In this document: one piece after another, positions 39,060-50,433 of the stretch
How the letters are laid out: every line of letters begins with the position of its first letter
How positions within the stretch are numbered: position 1 is the first letter of the stretch
Assembly: GCA_038065555.1 (NCBI GenBank)
Contig: JBBTQS010000001.1
Coordinates: 192,741 to 256,740 of the forward strand
Origin: Patescibacteria group bacterium
GTDB lineage: Bacteria > Patescibacteriota > Patescibacteriia > Magasanikbacterales > JBBTQS01
Direction of reading: 5' to 3'
DNA length: 64,000 nt
Made by a program: the position numbers and the translations under genes
Notes under the pieces: generated by a model
The model's input: the letters and a program-made list of their open reading frames with translations, nothing else
What the model was told of the DNA's origin: nothing
The model's database searches: none

Positions 39060-41568
39060 TGTCTTGTATTTCCTGATTAGGATTCTGTTGCTCCTCTTGG
39101 ATTGAGATCTTGAAATTATGTCTGTCTGGGAGCTCAATTCCTGCAGCAGATGGAAGGTTAGACAGGTAAGTAGCGAAGAAAATGTCCCGTGCGGAAGCCA
39201 TCAATCTCAAACCACCCAACCTTTCAAGTACCCTTACGATTGGGCTTGTATGGGTTGGCTGTCTACGACCATTTACAGTGTCGTAGCTCCTGTCATCAGG
39301 GAATACTGGTATACCTTGCTCGCGTAGTTCGTGTTCAAAGTTGATTTGCCAATTAGTTCGCAGTGTCGCTTGAGGCATTATGGTTAGCAGGCTATCTCGG
39401 TAAGCACTTACCCCCGCAATAAATTCTATGACTTTCTTGGCGTCAACAGCACCAAAATACTTGTTCCATAAATCTTCAAAAACACTCCAAATCTCTGGCT
39501 TCTGATAGAGCTCTGCATATAGCTTTGCGTATCCGCTGATTTCAAAAAGATTTTCAAGGGGTTCGCTTGCAAACACTATTTTGCTATCAAGCTGACTCCA
39601 ATCTTTTACTTTTTCACGTAGTCTTTCGTAAGCGGTAAGAGATGCATCAAATACGGCTGGCAAGATTTTCTTGAGTCTTTCAGGGTCTTTTTCTTCGCAA
39701 GCCTCATAGCAGGCTTCAACTCCTTCGGAAAGAGCCTGTCCGAAATAGTCTGGCAAACCATCACCTGTTGCAAGAGATTTGAGTTGAGGGAGCAATTGAA
39801 TCATCCTGTCGGTCACTTCCTTTTCGCGGTCTAGAGCTGTTTGCTTCTCCTTCTCAAAATCAAAGTCTGTCCAAGGCAAGTCTCCCAACAAGCGACGAGA
39901 GTTGGTGCATTCAACGTGTTTATTCATCTCAAAAACAAGTCTGCGGCACTTGGCAGAAAACTCCTTCCATTTCTGGATAAGGTGAACAGCCAAAGGCAAT
40001 TGTTGTGAGGCAAGTAAGGCATCAAGGGCTGACTGAAAATGTTCGGTATGCAACGACTTAATAAAATTGAAATAGCTATGCAATGAGAAGACATATTGCT
40101 GGAAGCAAAACGTATCTATATACCAATCTTCGGTTACGAGTTCTCCTTCAATGATTTTTTCATTCTCCAAGTCATTTTGAAGAGACTCCAAACGTGGGAG
40201 CATTGCTCCTGGCAACCCCGTGAGATAAATATGTTTTTTACCTGACAGCCACTTTATATCCGCTATGCGTTTTGCTATCGTTTCGCAAGAGTTTGCAGCA
40301 AGGTATTTTGTTAAACCTAGCAATGCTGCGATAGCGAGTCTGCTGTGCGCGTCCACAAAAGCAAGTTGTTCTTTGATTACCGGTTGCTGAACATTCGTTG
40401 CTTGTATTGCAAATAAGGAGTCCCTGATAGATTTTGTTTTTTTGAAAAGAAGCTCTGCACTTTTAACATCAAGATCTTGCGCGTACACATCTGCAATCTC
40501 AACGAATATATCTAAGGCGCGTGCACTGGAAATAATCCTTGTGCCTTCAGAAAAAGATTTAAATACCTCTCCCGCAATGCCCAAGACTTCATCCTCGTAC
40601 CAGGTGTAATTCTTTACATTTTTTGGCTGCAATGTTGTTCCAGTACTTAGCGCGATTGCAATTTCTGAAGAATTGGCAAGACCCCAATCTTGATACTCGT
40701 TTTTAGTTTCAAACCAGTAACTGTTTGTTGGGGTTTTGCTTTTAAAGCCTGCGTACGAGACAAGAATTCCACAGATATAGCCTATCGTTGTAACCAGTTG
40801 GTCGTCAGAGATTTTCATCTCGTCCTTCCCAAATCGCAGGAGGTTTTTGATTAAAGAAAATTTTGATGCGACCAGCCCTCTGTGATGATTTTGTATGGCT
40901 GGATTAGCCCACTGAAACCCTGGAGGTGCGATGCTTTTCATTGAAAAAAGGATGTCTCGCGTAATCCACGTTAGAGCGGACTGCGGCTCCAAGGAGTAAA
41001 AAACGTTCGTCCCTACCTGCCAAAATCTGATGACGATGTACGCAACCAATAGCGAGAGGAAGGCTAGACCTGCTGGATGAATTGTTTGGTCAAAGGATTT
41101 AAAAACGATGTAAAAGACACTCACTATACCTGTAATAGCTATTGTTCTTACGTACTGTCGTCCGCGTGGCTCTTTCAAGAAAAACTGCTTCACATTTTGA
41201 GGTGCACGCAAGAGATAACTGCTAGCAATACCAGATATTGCAGTGAAATACAGACCGAGGAAAACACCAGAGATACTGGCAACAACAGAAAGAAAAGTAT
41301 CAACAGCTTCTTTCTGATAGCGGAGATTTAAAGGGTAGTAAGCACTAAGCAGCTCTAAAATGAAAATTATAAATACGGAGTATGTTACTGCCCCGACAAA
41401 TGATTTTAGCGTCGGAAAGAGAATGTCTTTATCGATTTTGAATTGGTTTTTTGTGTAGCTACCACGATACATGCCTTTCCAAAAATAAAAGACTGGCTTA
41501 TCAGTAAGCCACTTTTTTGTAAGCCAGAAACCTTTCTTTCTGTATAGTTTGTTTCTAAAAGAAGTCAT
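39052..41568 (-). CDS. Island gene A: large membrane protein, 4-5 N-terminal TM helices followed by about 600-aa predicted alpha-helical soluble region; no detectable family
   Basis: 838 aa; TM helices at about 55-78, 95-120, 140-160, 170-190, 255-272; no nucleotide-binding or nuclease motifs seen; AT-rich composition. Confidence 0.6.
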   Translation of the reverse strand: MTSFRNKLYRKKGFWLTKKWLTDKPVFYFWKGMYRGSYTKNQFKIDKDILFPTLKSFVGAVTYSVFIIFILELLSAYYPLNLRYQKEAVDTFLSVVASISGVFLGLYFTAISGIASSYLLRAPQNVKQFFLKEPRGRQYVRTIAITGIVSVFYIVFKSFDQTIHPAGLAFLSLLVAYIVIRFWQVGTNVFYSLEPQSALTWITRDILFSMKSIAPPGFQWANPAIQNHHRGLVASKFSLIKNLLRFGKDEMKISDDQLVTTIGYICGILVSYAGFKSKTPTNSYWFETKNEYQDWGLANSSEIAIALSTGTTLQPKNVKNYTWYEDEVLGIAGEVFKSFSEGTRIISSARALDIFVEIADVYAQDLDVKSAELLFKKTKSIRDSLFAIQATNVQQPVIKEQLAFVDAHSRLAIAALLGLTKYLAANSCETIAKRIADIKWLSGKKHIYLTGLPGAMLPRLESLQNDLENEKIIEGELVTEDWYIDTFCFQQYVFSLHSYFNFIKSLHTEHFQSALDALLASQQLPLAVHLIQKWKEFSAKCRRLVFEMNKHVECTNSRRLLGDLPWTDFDFEKEKQTALDREKEVTDRMIQLLPQLKSLATGDGLPDYFGQALSEGVEACYEACEEKDPERLKKILPAVFDASLTAYERLREKVKDWSQLDSKIVFASEPLENLFEISGYAKLYAELYQKPEIWSVFEDLWNKYFGAVDAKKVIEFIAGVSAYRDSLLTIMPQATLRTNWQINFEHELREQGIPVFPDDRSYDTVNGRRQPTHTSPIVRVLERLGGLRLMASARDIFFATYLSNLPSAAGIELPDRHNFKISIQEEQQNPNQEIQDNE

Positions 41569-41630
41569 TGCTTATTTTGGTATTTCTTCAAAAAGGCATG
41601 GTTTCGTCCAAACCTCTGAAAAAGGCTCTC

Positions 41631-41658
41631 CTAAAAGACAAAAAGGCACCTTCGTGCC
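41631..41658 (-). terminator. Rho-independent terminator immediately after tRNA-Asn
   Basis: Minus strand GGCAC-GAAG-GTGCC followed by TTTTTGTCTTTT; coordinates approximate. Confidence 0.6.
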
Positions 41659-41672
41659 TTCTCGTCCTACTG

Positions 41673-41746
41673 GGCTCCGAGGGCGGGGCTCGAACCCGCG
41701 ACCAATTGGTTAACAGCCAACTGCTCTACCACTGAGCTACCTCGGA
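41673..41746 (-). tRNA. tRNA-Asn (anticodon GTT)
   Basis: Minus strand TCCGAGG-TA-GCTC-AGTGGTA-GAGC-A-GTTGG-CTGTTAA-CCAAT-TGGTC-GCGGG-TTCGAGC-CCCGC-CCTCGGA-G; cloverleaf with 7 bp acceptor, G73 discriminator; only CC of CCA encoded; coordinates approximate. Confidence 0.8.
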
Positions 41747-41794
41747 ATTCTGGGATCCGGCACTAGTGTACCGAATCCCGTGTGCTATTGTCAA

Positions 41795-43105
41795 TTACTC
41801 TTTTACTTCCATTTCCGAACCAGCTCCTGCCAACAATCCCATGAATACCGGGATCATTTCATAGACGCTCTTCGATGGGGTTGGGCGCTCGATGCGCAAC
41901 CCAGAGTTGAGCTTCGAGAATGTCATCTCCATGGGCTTGGTACCACGCAAATCCTTGCCGCTTGCGCTGGTCACTGCCTGCAACGTAATACGCTCCATTG
42001 CGCCAGTCTTTGCGTTGAGTGTGACGAAGATATCACCCTTCTCCTTAGTCTGCGCCGCTGGCACATCCTCTGGCTCCGTACCTGCGCTGAGAATTTGCTC
42101 AACGATCTTGCTACCATCTTCGCCCGCCTCAGTTACCAATTCCTTGCGATACGACTCGAGCTGCGTGGTACCCTCGGTATCCCCCGCTTTTTTGGTTTTC
42201 GCAAGCGCAGCGTCAATATCGCGCAAATACTGCTGCACAAATGTCTTCACCATGTCTGCAACGAATGCATCGCCTTGCGCATCAGTCACTTCACCCTTTT
42301 CCTCCATGCGATACTTGCCTTCGCTCACGAGCGAAAATGCAATGAGATCGTGGCGGCGCATCACGTCACCAAACAACGATGCATACGTTGCGCGATCAGA
42401 AACAATGAATCGTGTTGGCTGTTCCTGAATCAGCTTCAAAAATTCTGGATTATCTTGCGCCGCTGCGCCAAGTCCTGCGCCAAAGTCATTCAACATCTGG
42501 CGAACATTGATGTTGATCCAGACTCCCTTGACTGCTGTCAGATCAATGGGCATCTCCGGCATCTCAAATTTCGCAAGCTGCAAATACAACTCGTCACTAT
42601 TGAACGCCCGCATCATCATCGCTACCTTGAGTGTGTCCGAAGTAAGATCAAAATCAAACCGACCCTGCGTAGAAGTAGCACCAGTCTGCGCCCATGCGCC
42701 TGACATCGTAATCACCATGTTCTTGTACTGGTCAGCATAAGACTCCTCGGGTGGAACCACGATAACTTTGCCATTTTCTATGATTGTCAGTGACTCAACA
42801 GGAGCATCATCCACAGCACCAAAACTGTCCAGAGGGAACAGCAACGAGAATTCTCCGTCCTTTGCTGCAATAACCTTACTGATTCCCTGAATCACTGCCT
42901 CGCGAGGATCAGCACTAACCGCTACCGACTCCTCAGTAGCGCGACTGTTCCACCAGAATGCGAATCCAATGGCAATACCTGCGACAAGCACAAGTGATAC
43001 CAATGGCCAGAGCATCTTCTGCGCCATCGACCGCTCACCTACTGGTGGCATCATTGGTTGTGTCGGCTGCTGTGGAGCCGGCGTCTGTGGCATGGAGTTT
43101 TCCAT
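41795..43105 (-). CDS. Hypothetical membrane-anchored protein (Pro/Gln-rich N-terminus, single TM, large extracytoplasmic domain)
   Basis: 436 aa; follows rpoD. Confidence 0.45.
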   Translation of the reverse strand: MENSMPQTPAPQQPTQPMMPPVGERSMAQKMLWPLVSLVLVAGIAIGFAFWWNSRATEESVAVSADPREAVIQGISKVIAAKDGEFSLLFPLDSFGAVDDAPVESLTIIENGKVIVVPPEESYADQYKNMVITMSGAWAQTGATSTQGRFDFDLTSDTLKVAMMMRAFNSDELYLQLAKFEMPEMPIDLTAVKGVWININVRQMLNDFGAGLGAAAQDNPEFLKLIQEQPTRFIVSDRATYASLFGDVMRRHDLIAFSLVSEGKYRMEEKGEVTDAQGDAFVADMVKTFVQQYLRDIDAALAKTKKAGDTEGTTQLESYRKELVTEAGEDGSKIVEQILSAGTEPEDVPAAQTKEKGDIFVTLNAKTGAMERITLQAVTSASGKDLRGTKPMEMTFSKLNSGLRIERPTPSKSVYEMIPVFMGLLAGAGSEMEVKE

Positions 43106-43119
43106 AATAAAGGTACGAT

Positions 43120-44576
<1,457 letters not shown>

Positions 44577-44580
<4 letters not shown>

Positions 44581-46349
44581 AGGCTATTAACCTGGTGAAA
44601 TTCCTGACTCAATGTTGCTACCGCGTCGGCATCTGCGCGCTCCTGTGCCATCTGAATCTCGCGCCCAAGCCGTTCGCGCTCCATGTTCTGCCATTCTCTG
44701 TGCAATCGCTCCACAGCTGCGTCATACTCCTCAGCGAGCTCCCGTGCCGAAAAAGCAAACAACTTCTCCTCGGAGAGAAGCTGCAGAACATCTAGTCGGT
44801 GAGCAAACGCGCTGTCATGTCGATCGTGAGTATACCCGCCGGCAATCGCCTTGTAAAGCGCGCGGTCTTCCTCACCACAAAACCACATTCCATTGAGTGG
44901 AACACGCGCATGCAACGCCGGTGTATGCACCAACAAACACAGCACATATTCAGAAATAAGTGCATATCGATTGCGCGGCGCCGCTGGCGGGGCCATGACC
45001 GCCGGTGAGGCTGATTGTGGAGCGCGAGACGCGGGCGCAGGAGCTGTGCGCAGCTGCTTGACCTTGTTGGCGATCGCATCGCCACTCACTCCAAGTGCTG
45101 TGGCAATACGCTGGGACCAGAAATCGTACACGATCGGATCACGCACGCGCGCCAACTCCCGCGCGAGGAGTTCGCCTGCATCACGCAATTTCGTCGGGTC
45201 CTTGCGCACCTCATCCGTAACATACCGATCAATATAGTATGCGAAGACGGGTTGTGAATCTGCGACTGCTTGTTCCCACACCGCAGGATCTTGCTTGATG
45301 CACTCATCGGGATCCTTGCCAGCGCCCTCAGGAATGCGAATCACACGCACATCGAGTCCTGCTTCGATCGCCGTATCAATACCACGCTTGGCAGCGCGCT
45401 CCCCTGCTGCATCTGCATCAAATGCCATGCGCACTTGCGGCGCAAATCGCTTGAGCAGTGCAACGTGCGCTGCCGTGAGCGCAGTACCTGACGCTGCAAC
45501 CACGTTGCGCATTCCTGACTGGTGACAACTAATCACATCCATCTGCCCCTCGACCACCACGAAGAACCCCGCGTCCTTTGCTGCTTGCTTTGCGAGATTG
45601 AGTCCATACACGAGGTGCCCCTTATCAAAGAGCACGGTCTCAGGAGTATTGAGATATTTGCCTACGCCTTCTTGCTCTTGCAGCAGTCTCCCAGTGAATC
45701 CAACAATACCCCCTTGCATATCCCAGATTGGGAACATCACGCGCCCACGAAAGACATCATAGTATCGACCAGAGTCCGGATGCTTCTTGGTCACACCTGC
45801 TGCAACACATTCCTCCAGTGTATAGTCGCGCTTCTTGGTCAAGAAATCCGTCAGCGTTGTCCACACCGACCCTTCCGGGATATATCCCAAATGAAAATGC
45901 GTTGCAGTCTCAGGCGTCACACCGCGCCGCTCAATATATTCGCGAGCGACAGCTGCAGCCTTCGACTCATGCAATACTTTTTCAAAAAAATGTTGCGACA
46001 ACGTGAGGATCTCACGCAACCGCGAGCGTTCATCCTTGTCCGCGCCGCGCGCCTGCAATGTCTGCCGCGTGAGTGTCACGCCTGCGCGCTCTGCGAGCAC
46101 GCGCAACGCCTCACCGAAGCTCATGCTCTCCGCCTCCTGCAAAAATGAAAAAATATCGCCCCCCTTACCGCACCCAAAACAGTGCCACATCTGCTTCTCG
46201 CGATGCGCCATGAATGACGGCGACTTCTCGCGATGGAACGGGCATACGCCCTTCCAATTGGCGCCTGCGGGTTTGAGCGGAACGTACTCACTAATCAAGG
46301 TGACCACATCCACGCGGTCTTTGATGAGCTGTACATCGTCCATATGCAC
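44577..46349 (-). CDS. dnaG: DNA primase
   Basis: 590 aa; zinc-binding [11 protein letters not shown]...CFGCG, TOPRIM domain (EGQMDVIS); ORF-track first codon is GTG, first ATG two codons in (MDDVQLIK). Confidence 0.9.
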
Positions 46350-46359
46350 CCACCCTACT

Positions 46360-47103
46360 CTACCGAGGCGCGTGGCGCAAGAACACCTCAGTTCCCGAAA
46401 TCACCGCAGCTGGAATAAAGCACAGATTCAAACCAGGAATCAACAAAAACACCATCAACCCAAGCCCATAGACTGCACAAGGCAGAGCGTTGCGACGAAT
46501 GAAATCAATCTTCTGCCGAAACGAGAAATCGTGTCGAGCCATCGAATAATCCAGGAACTCAAACACAAGGAAAAAGAGTGACACAACGCCATTGAGCACC
46601 AAAAACACCAACCCACCGCTCCACCAGGAGCCGAGGAAAAGCAACAAACTCACGAATCCAAAGAGCGCTAATCGCACAATCTCCGTGCGAATTGCATACG
46701 CATACACGCGCAACAACAACCGCACTCGCCCACCGCGAATACGACGATTGCGACGCTCCTCTGATGTCAGTGTTGGACCAGTCGTTGGGCGCAAGAACTC
46801 CTCAGTCTGCTCCGACAACAGCTCATTGAATGGTCCAGAAACAATAACCAGCAACACAATAAACAAATATGCTAGCGTCACAACTAACATGATCGTGAGA
46901 ATCGTCGCTGCAACAATTGCCCACACACCAGACAATTTCACCACATCGTGCACCAACTGCATGATCTCTCCAATACCAAATCGCAAGGAGAACCCAATCA
47001 GCACGAGGCTCAACACCCACGGAATAATAGCCACGCGCCGCAGTCCCCGCTCACGAACCAGCGGCGACAGCGCACGAAATGGGGCGGTGAAATACCACAA
47101 CAT
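46360..47103 (-). CDS. EI24/CysZ-like polytopic membrane protein
   Basis: 247 aa, about 6 TM with a basic cytoplasmic loop (EERRNRRIRGGRVR). Confidence 0.35.
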   Translation of the reverse strand: MLWYFTAPFRALSPLVRERGLRRVAIIPWVLSLVLIGFSLRFGIGEIMQLVHDVVKLSGVWAIVAATILTIMLVVTLAYLFIVLLVIVSGPFNELLSEQTEEFLRPTTGPTLTSEERRNRRIRGGRVRLLLRVYAYAIRTEIVRLALFGFVSLLLFLGSWWSGGLVFLVLNGVVSLFFLVFEFLDYSMARHDFSFRQKIDFIRRNALPCAVYGLGLMVFLLIPGLNLCFIPAAVISGTEVFLRHAPR

Positions 47104-47111
47104 ACCGCTAT

Positions 47112-47504
47112 CTACAACCCAATTTTGTCACGAAGTGTACGTGCAGGCTGCGTGTGCGTCGATGGGGCTTCTGCGGTCGTAGAAATATGCAACGATGCCT
47201 TTGTCGGCGTAACAACTTCCGCAAGGATACGATCTCGCTCTGCGTCAAGAAGTGGTCCAACGTATTCGCCACTGTGTGCCGCACTTCCCTCGTACGAGAC
47301 ATGCTTCTGATCAATATGCATATCAATGGACAACTGCCCATCATTCGTCTCTACATACGCATGGAACCGAGGATAGAATCCTGTGCCCAGACGTCGGATA
47401 TAGCTGACCTTCCCAGTGTTCGGGTCAACGAACTCGTGATACCCGACGCGCGTGAGGAGCTGCTTACTCGTGAACCGAACTTCTGCTGGAATGGTGAACT
47501 GCAT
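47112..47504 (-). CDS. Hypothetical protein
   Basis: About 130 aa; start uncertain (overlaps VKOR gene end). Confidence 0.3.
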   Translation of the reverse strand: MQFTIPAEVRFTSKQLLTRVGYHEFVDPNTGKVSYIRRLGTGFYPRFHAYVETNDGQLSIDMHIDQKHVSYEGSAAHSGEYVGPLLDAERDRILAEVVTPTKASLHISTTAEAPSTHTQPARTLRDKIGL

Positions 47505-47952
47505 AGAGCGTAGCGATACCGATGCCAAGCATCGAGAATTGAATAAATGCGGATAACATACAATAGGTGCACACAGCCTGAATCACCACGAGCATCAAAT
47601 ACACCAGATATACTGAGGCAGCAGCACCCAAGAACGTCGAACAGGCCATGAGTATAGTCCAAATCCTATTCTCCCATTCACGCGCCACGAACCAGCCGAT
47701 GATGAGCACGAGATACCAACACGCACCAATGAGTGCGATAGGAATCCCCGCGATCTCTGCGTACGCACTGCGTGTAACCACATCACACCCCTGTCCAATT
47801 CCACACGGAACCACGGTGCCCGAAATATACTTGGCCGCAAGATAGGACGCATCGGCCAATCCAACAGCAGCAAGGGCGACAGCGATGGTGCTGAGCTGCC
47901 TAGTTCGACTGCTGCGCAAGGAGACTGTCGATGGTTGCTCGGAGTGTTGCAT
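47464..47952 (-). CDS. Vitamin K epoxide reductase (VKOR) family membrane protein
   Basis: 162 aa; 4-5 TM; loop Cys pair in VVPCGIGQGCD and active-site CTYC (CXXC) in last TM. Confidence 0.7.
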   Translation of the reverse strand: MQHSEQPSTVSLRSSRTRQLSTIAVALAAVGLADASYLAAKYISGTVVPCGIGQGCDVVTRSAYAEIAGIPIALIGACWYLVLIIGWFVAREWENRIWTILMACSTFLGAAASVYLVYLMLVVIQAVCTYCMLSAFIQFSMLGIGIATLYAVHHSSRSSVHE

Positions 47953-48619
47953 AGTTGCTAGACAATTGTGCTACTTCACCATTGATGAAGAATGTCGGTG
48001 TACCTGTCACTCCTGCGCGTCTGCTCAGAGACATGTCACGCGTCACGCGCGAAGTGATTTCGTTAGACAACACATCTCTGCGAAACTGCTCTTCATTGAT
48101 CCCCAACTCACGAGCGAATGATGCGAATCGATTTGTCGCTTCACTCCCAGAGAGTTGCGTCCAACTTCCTTGTGTGGTGAAGAGTTTGTCCTGCATCTCC
48201 CAGAACTTGCCCTGCGTGTGTGCTGCCTCAGAAGCACGCGCGGCGAGATCTGCCAACGGATGCATATCATAGAGCGGATGATGGCGATACACGAATCGAA
48301 CCTTGTCCGCGTGCGTCGCCTGCAACTGCTTGATCGCCGGATGATACGAAGCACATGCAGGACACTGGAAATCACTATACTCAACGATCGTGATCTTCGC
48401 GTCTGCTGGTCCCCATGTATGATCCACAGACTCGACCGAGCTTGTGTCACGCTTGCCTGTCTCGCCAGCAGAATTACGACTGCCCAACCACACCATGAGC
48501 CCAATAACGACCACAACTCCAGCAAGTAACCACGCACCATGCACCAACGATGACGATTTTTGCATAACCGAAAAAAATACTACGCCTCTAGCGTAGCATT
48601 CTTTGCCTCTTATTGCCAC
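47900..48619 (-). CDS. DsbA-family thiol:disulfide oxidoreductase, membrane-anchored
   Basis: Signal-anchor TM then thioredoxin fold with CPAC active site (YSDFQCPACASYH); overlaps VKOR gene by about 50 nt. Confidence 0.8.
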   Translation of the reverse strand: MAIRGKECYARGVVFFSVMQKSSSLVHGAWLLAGVVVVIGLMVWLGSRNSAGETGKRDTSSVESVDHTWGPADAKITIVEYSDFQCPACASYHPAIKQLQATHADKVRFVYRHHPLYDMHPLADLAARASEAAHTQGKFWEMQDKLFTTQGSWTQLSGSEATNRFASFARELGINEEQFRRDVLSNEITSRVTRDMSLSRRAGVTGTPTFFINGEVAQLSSNYATLRATIDSLLAQQSN

Positions 48620-48870
48620 CGCTTGAGCGGTGGAATGAACTCATTGGCTATTTCCTTTGCTTTCTCATCCGTGAACTGCATCACGCGGACTAGATGCGAC
48701 TCCATCTTCTCGATCATTGCCGCCTTGGTGAGCTCTGGCTCTATGAACGCGCCCTCTTTGTAGCAGCAACGACAATATTCGCGACTTTCGGACCCATCAG
48801 CATTGGATCCGAAGAACCCCGGATCCATGGGCATACTGCAACTCTGACAACGAACTGATTCTTGAGCCAT
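48610..48870 (-). CDS. Small zinc-ribbon protein
   Basis: 86 aa; CQSC...CRCC cysteine pairs. Confidence 0.4.
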   Translation of the reverse strand: MAQESVRCQSCSMPMDPGFFGSNADGSESREYCRCCYKEGAFIEPELTKAAMIEKMESHLVRVMQFTDEKAKEIANEFIPPLKRWQ

Positions 48871-48872
48871 AC

Positions 48873-49370
48873 TTATAAGAAATACTTTTGCAAAAGCGCA
48901 CGCGTCTCAGGATGCACCAACTCCTGCTCATTCAGGAGCATAGCACGAATCTCCTCAACCGATCGGTACTCCACATATTGCACTTCGTGAGGATCACAGA
49001 CGAACAGTCCTTCGTATTGTGCTGTGTACACACCGAGCAATTTGTCATGTGACGTTCCAGGCTTCACAAACGGCGTCACACCGACAAACGTAAGTGGCAC
49101 CGTAACACCAATCTCTTCCTGCATTTCGCGCAGTGCTGCATCTTCGTACGATTCGCCTGCAGCTACGTGTCCTGCTGCTGTTGAGCACCAGTGGTCAGGG
49201 CAGTACGAGATCTCCTTCCCTCTTCGCGCCAACGCTATGCGCCCCTGCGCATCAAGGAGAAATACATGAGCAATGCGATGACGCAACTTTCGCGAATAGA
49301 TTTCCGATCGAGGGAACGTCCCCACAACTTCGTCGTGTTCATTGACGTGATCCATCATTTCTTCGCTCAT
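48873..49370 (-). CDS. NUDIX hydrolase
   Basis: Start at ATG overlapping rlmN stop (ATGA); Nudix box GHVAAGESYEDAALREMQEEIG. Confidence 0.7.
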   Translation of the reverse strand: MSEEMMDHVNEHDEVVGTFPRSEIYSRKLRHRIAHVFLLDAQGRIALARRGKEISYCPDHWCSTAAGHVAAGESYEDAALREMQEEIGVTVPLTFVGVTPFVKPGTSHDKLLGVYTAQYEGLFVCDPHEVQYVEYRSVEEIRAMLLNEQELVHPETRALLQKYFL

Positions 49371-50425
49371 ACTTCTTGTGTTGAGGATGCTTCGGTGTTC
49401 GCCAATTGCCCGCACGCTGCATCAATATCATCACCCATGGTTTTGCGAACAGTAACCTCAACACCAGCACCACGCAAAATACCAACGAACTGTTCGATGC
49501 GATCAGTGGTCGAACGTTCAAAAGAAATTTTGTCTACCGGATTCCACGGAATGAGATTCACTTTGCTCACGCCTGTGGTGCGAATGTACTGCGCCAACTC
49601 CTGTGCGAGCTCCGGTGTATCATTCACGCCTTCGAGCAACACATACTCGTATGTCACATGGTGCTTGCGCGTACCATGATGTTCTTGATAGCGATGCGAC
49701 CACGCAGAGAGCTTCTTGAGGAAGTCTGGCACCGTTGTCGGTACAATCTCCTCGCGTCGCTGCTGATTGGCGCTGTGCAACGAAATCGCGATGCGCACTG
49801 GTGGCCACTCAGGATCATCAATAAGTCGCTCGAGTTGCGCGAGCACTCCTACACTCGACACTGTGATATGAGTTGGGCCAATATCAGTCTCCCGCAACCA
49901 CAAATTGACTGTTTCCTTCACAGCATCGTAGTTGGCGAGTGGCTCACCCATTCCCATGAACACGACATTGCTGATGCGCTGCGGCAAATGCGGTTTGTTC
50001 GCGAGGAACTGTCTCCAGAATCGCATTTGATCAACGATCTCATCCGCTAATAGGCTTCGCTTGAGTCCCATCTTACCCGTCGCGCAAAATGTGCAACGCA
50101 TCGCACACCCAATCTGTGAAGAAACACAAATCGTCCACTGATCGCGCACATTCTCCATGAGCACTGTCTCAAACGGTCGATCATCGGCTCCCACGAGCAC
50201 TGCTTTGTACGTGTCGCCACGCTTGCTCTTATAAATATGTTGTGGTCGCACGCTCCACCATGGCATCTCACGCACCAACGTCTCACGCACATCCTTGGGA
50301 AGCGCAGTTACATCGGCCCACGACTTCATTCCAGCTGTGAACAATGCTTTTTCGCACTGCAAGAACCGGTACGCAGGTGCGTCCGGAAAAAGCCGATCCC
50401 ACGTGTGACGGCGTGACTCAGTCAT
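49367..50425 (-). CDS. rlmN: 23S rRNA/tRNA (adenine-C2)-methyltransferase, radical SAM
   Basis: 352 aa; radical SAM CAMRCTFCATG; RlmN-specific C-terminal Cys (DIDAACGQL). Confidence 0.85.
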   Translation of the reverse strand: MTESRRHTWDRLFPDAPAYRFLQCEKALFTAGMKSWADVTALPKDVRETLVREMPWWSVRPQHIYKSKRGDTYKAVLVGADDRPFETVLMENVRDQWTICVSSQIGCAMRCTFCATGKMGLKRSLLADEIVDQMRFWRQFLANKPHLPQRISNVVFMGMGEPLANYDAVKETVNLWLRETDIGPTHITVSSVGVLAQLERLIDDPEWPPVRIAISLHSANQQRREEIVPTTVPDFLKKLSAWSHRYQEHHGTRKHHVTYEYVLLEGVNDTPELAQELAQYIRTTGVSKVNLIPWNPVDKISFERSTTDRIEQFVGILRGAGVEVTVRKTMGDDIDAACGQLANTEASSTQEV

Positions 50426-50433
50426 ACTCCGTA

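Noticed and set aside
41673-41746. Encoded CCA on the tRNAs
   Set aside because: tRNA-Asn is followed by GCCCA (only CC in register) and tRNA-Ser by GCA. The 3' CCA is presumably added post-transcriptionally, so gene ends are set at the discriminator or CC.
37700-41750. Direct repeat of tRNA-Asn 3' end marking an integrative element boundary, and an integrase gene
   Set aside because: Searched the distal boundary region (about 37700-38020) by eye for the tRNA 3' segment (GGTTCGAGCCCCGCC). No copy and no recombinase ORF were found, so the island is described only as compositionally distinct, not as a defined integrative element.
41780-42703. 307-aa plus-strand ORF
   Set aside because: Antisense to the 436-aa membrane-anchored protein gene; Cys/His/Leu-rich nonsense.
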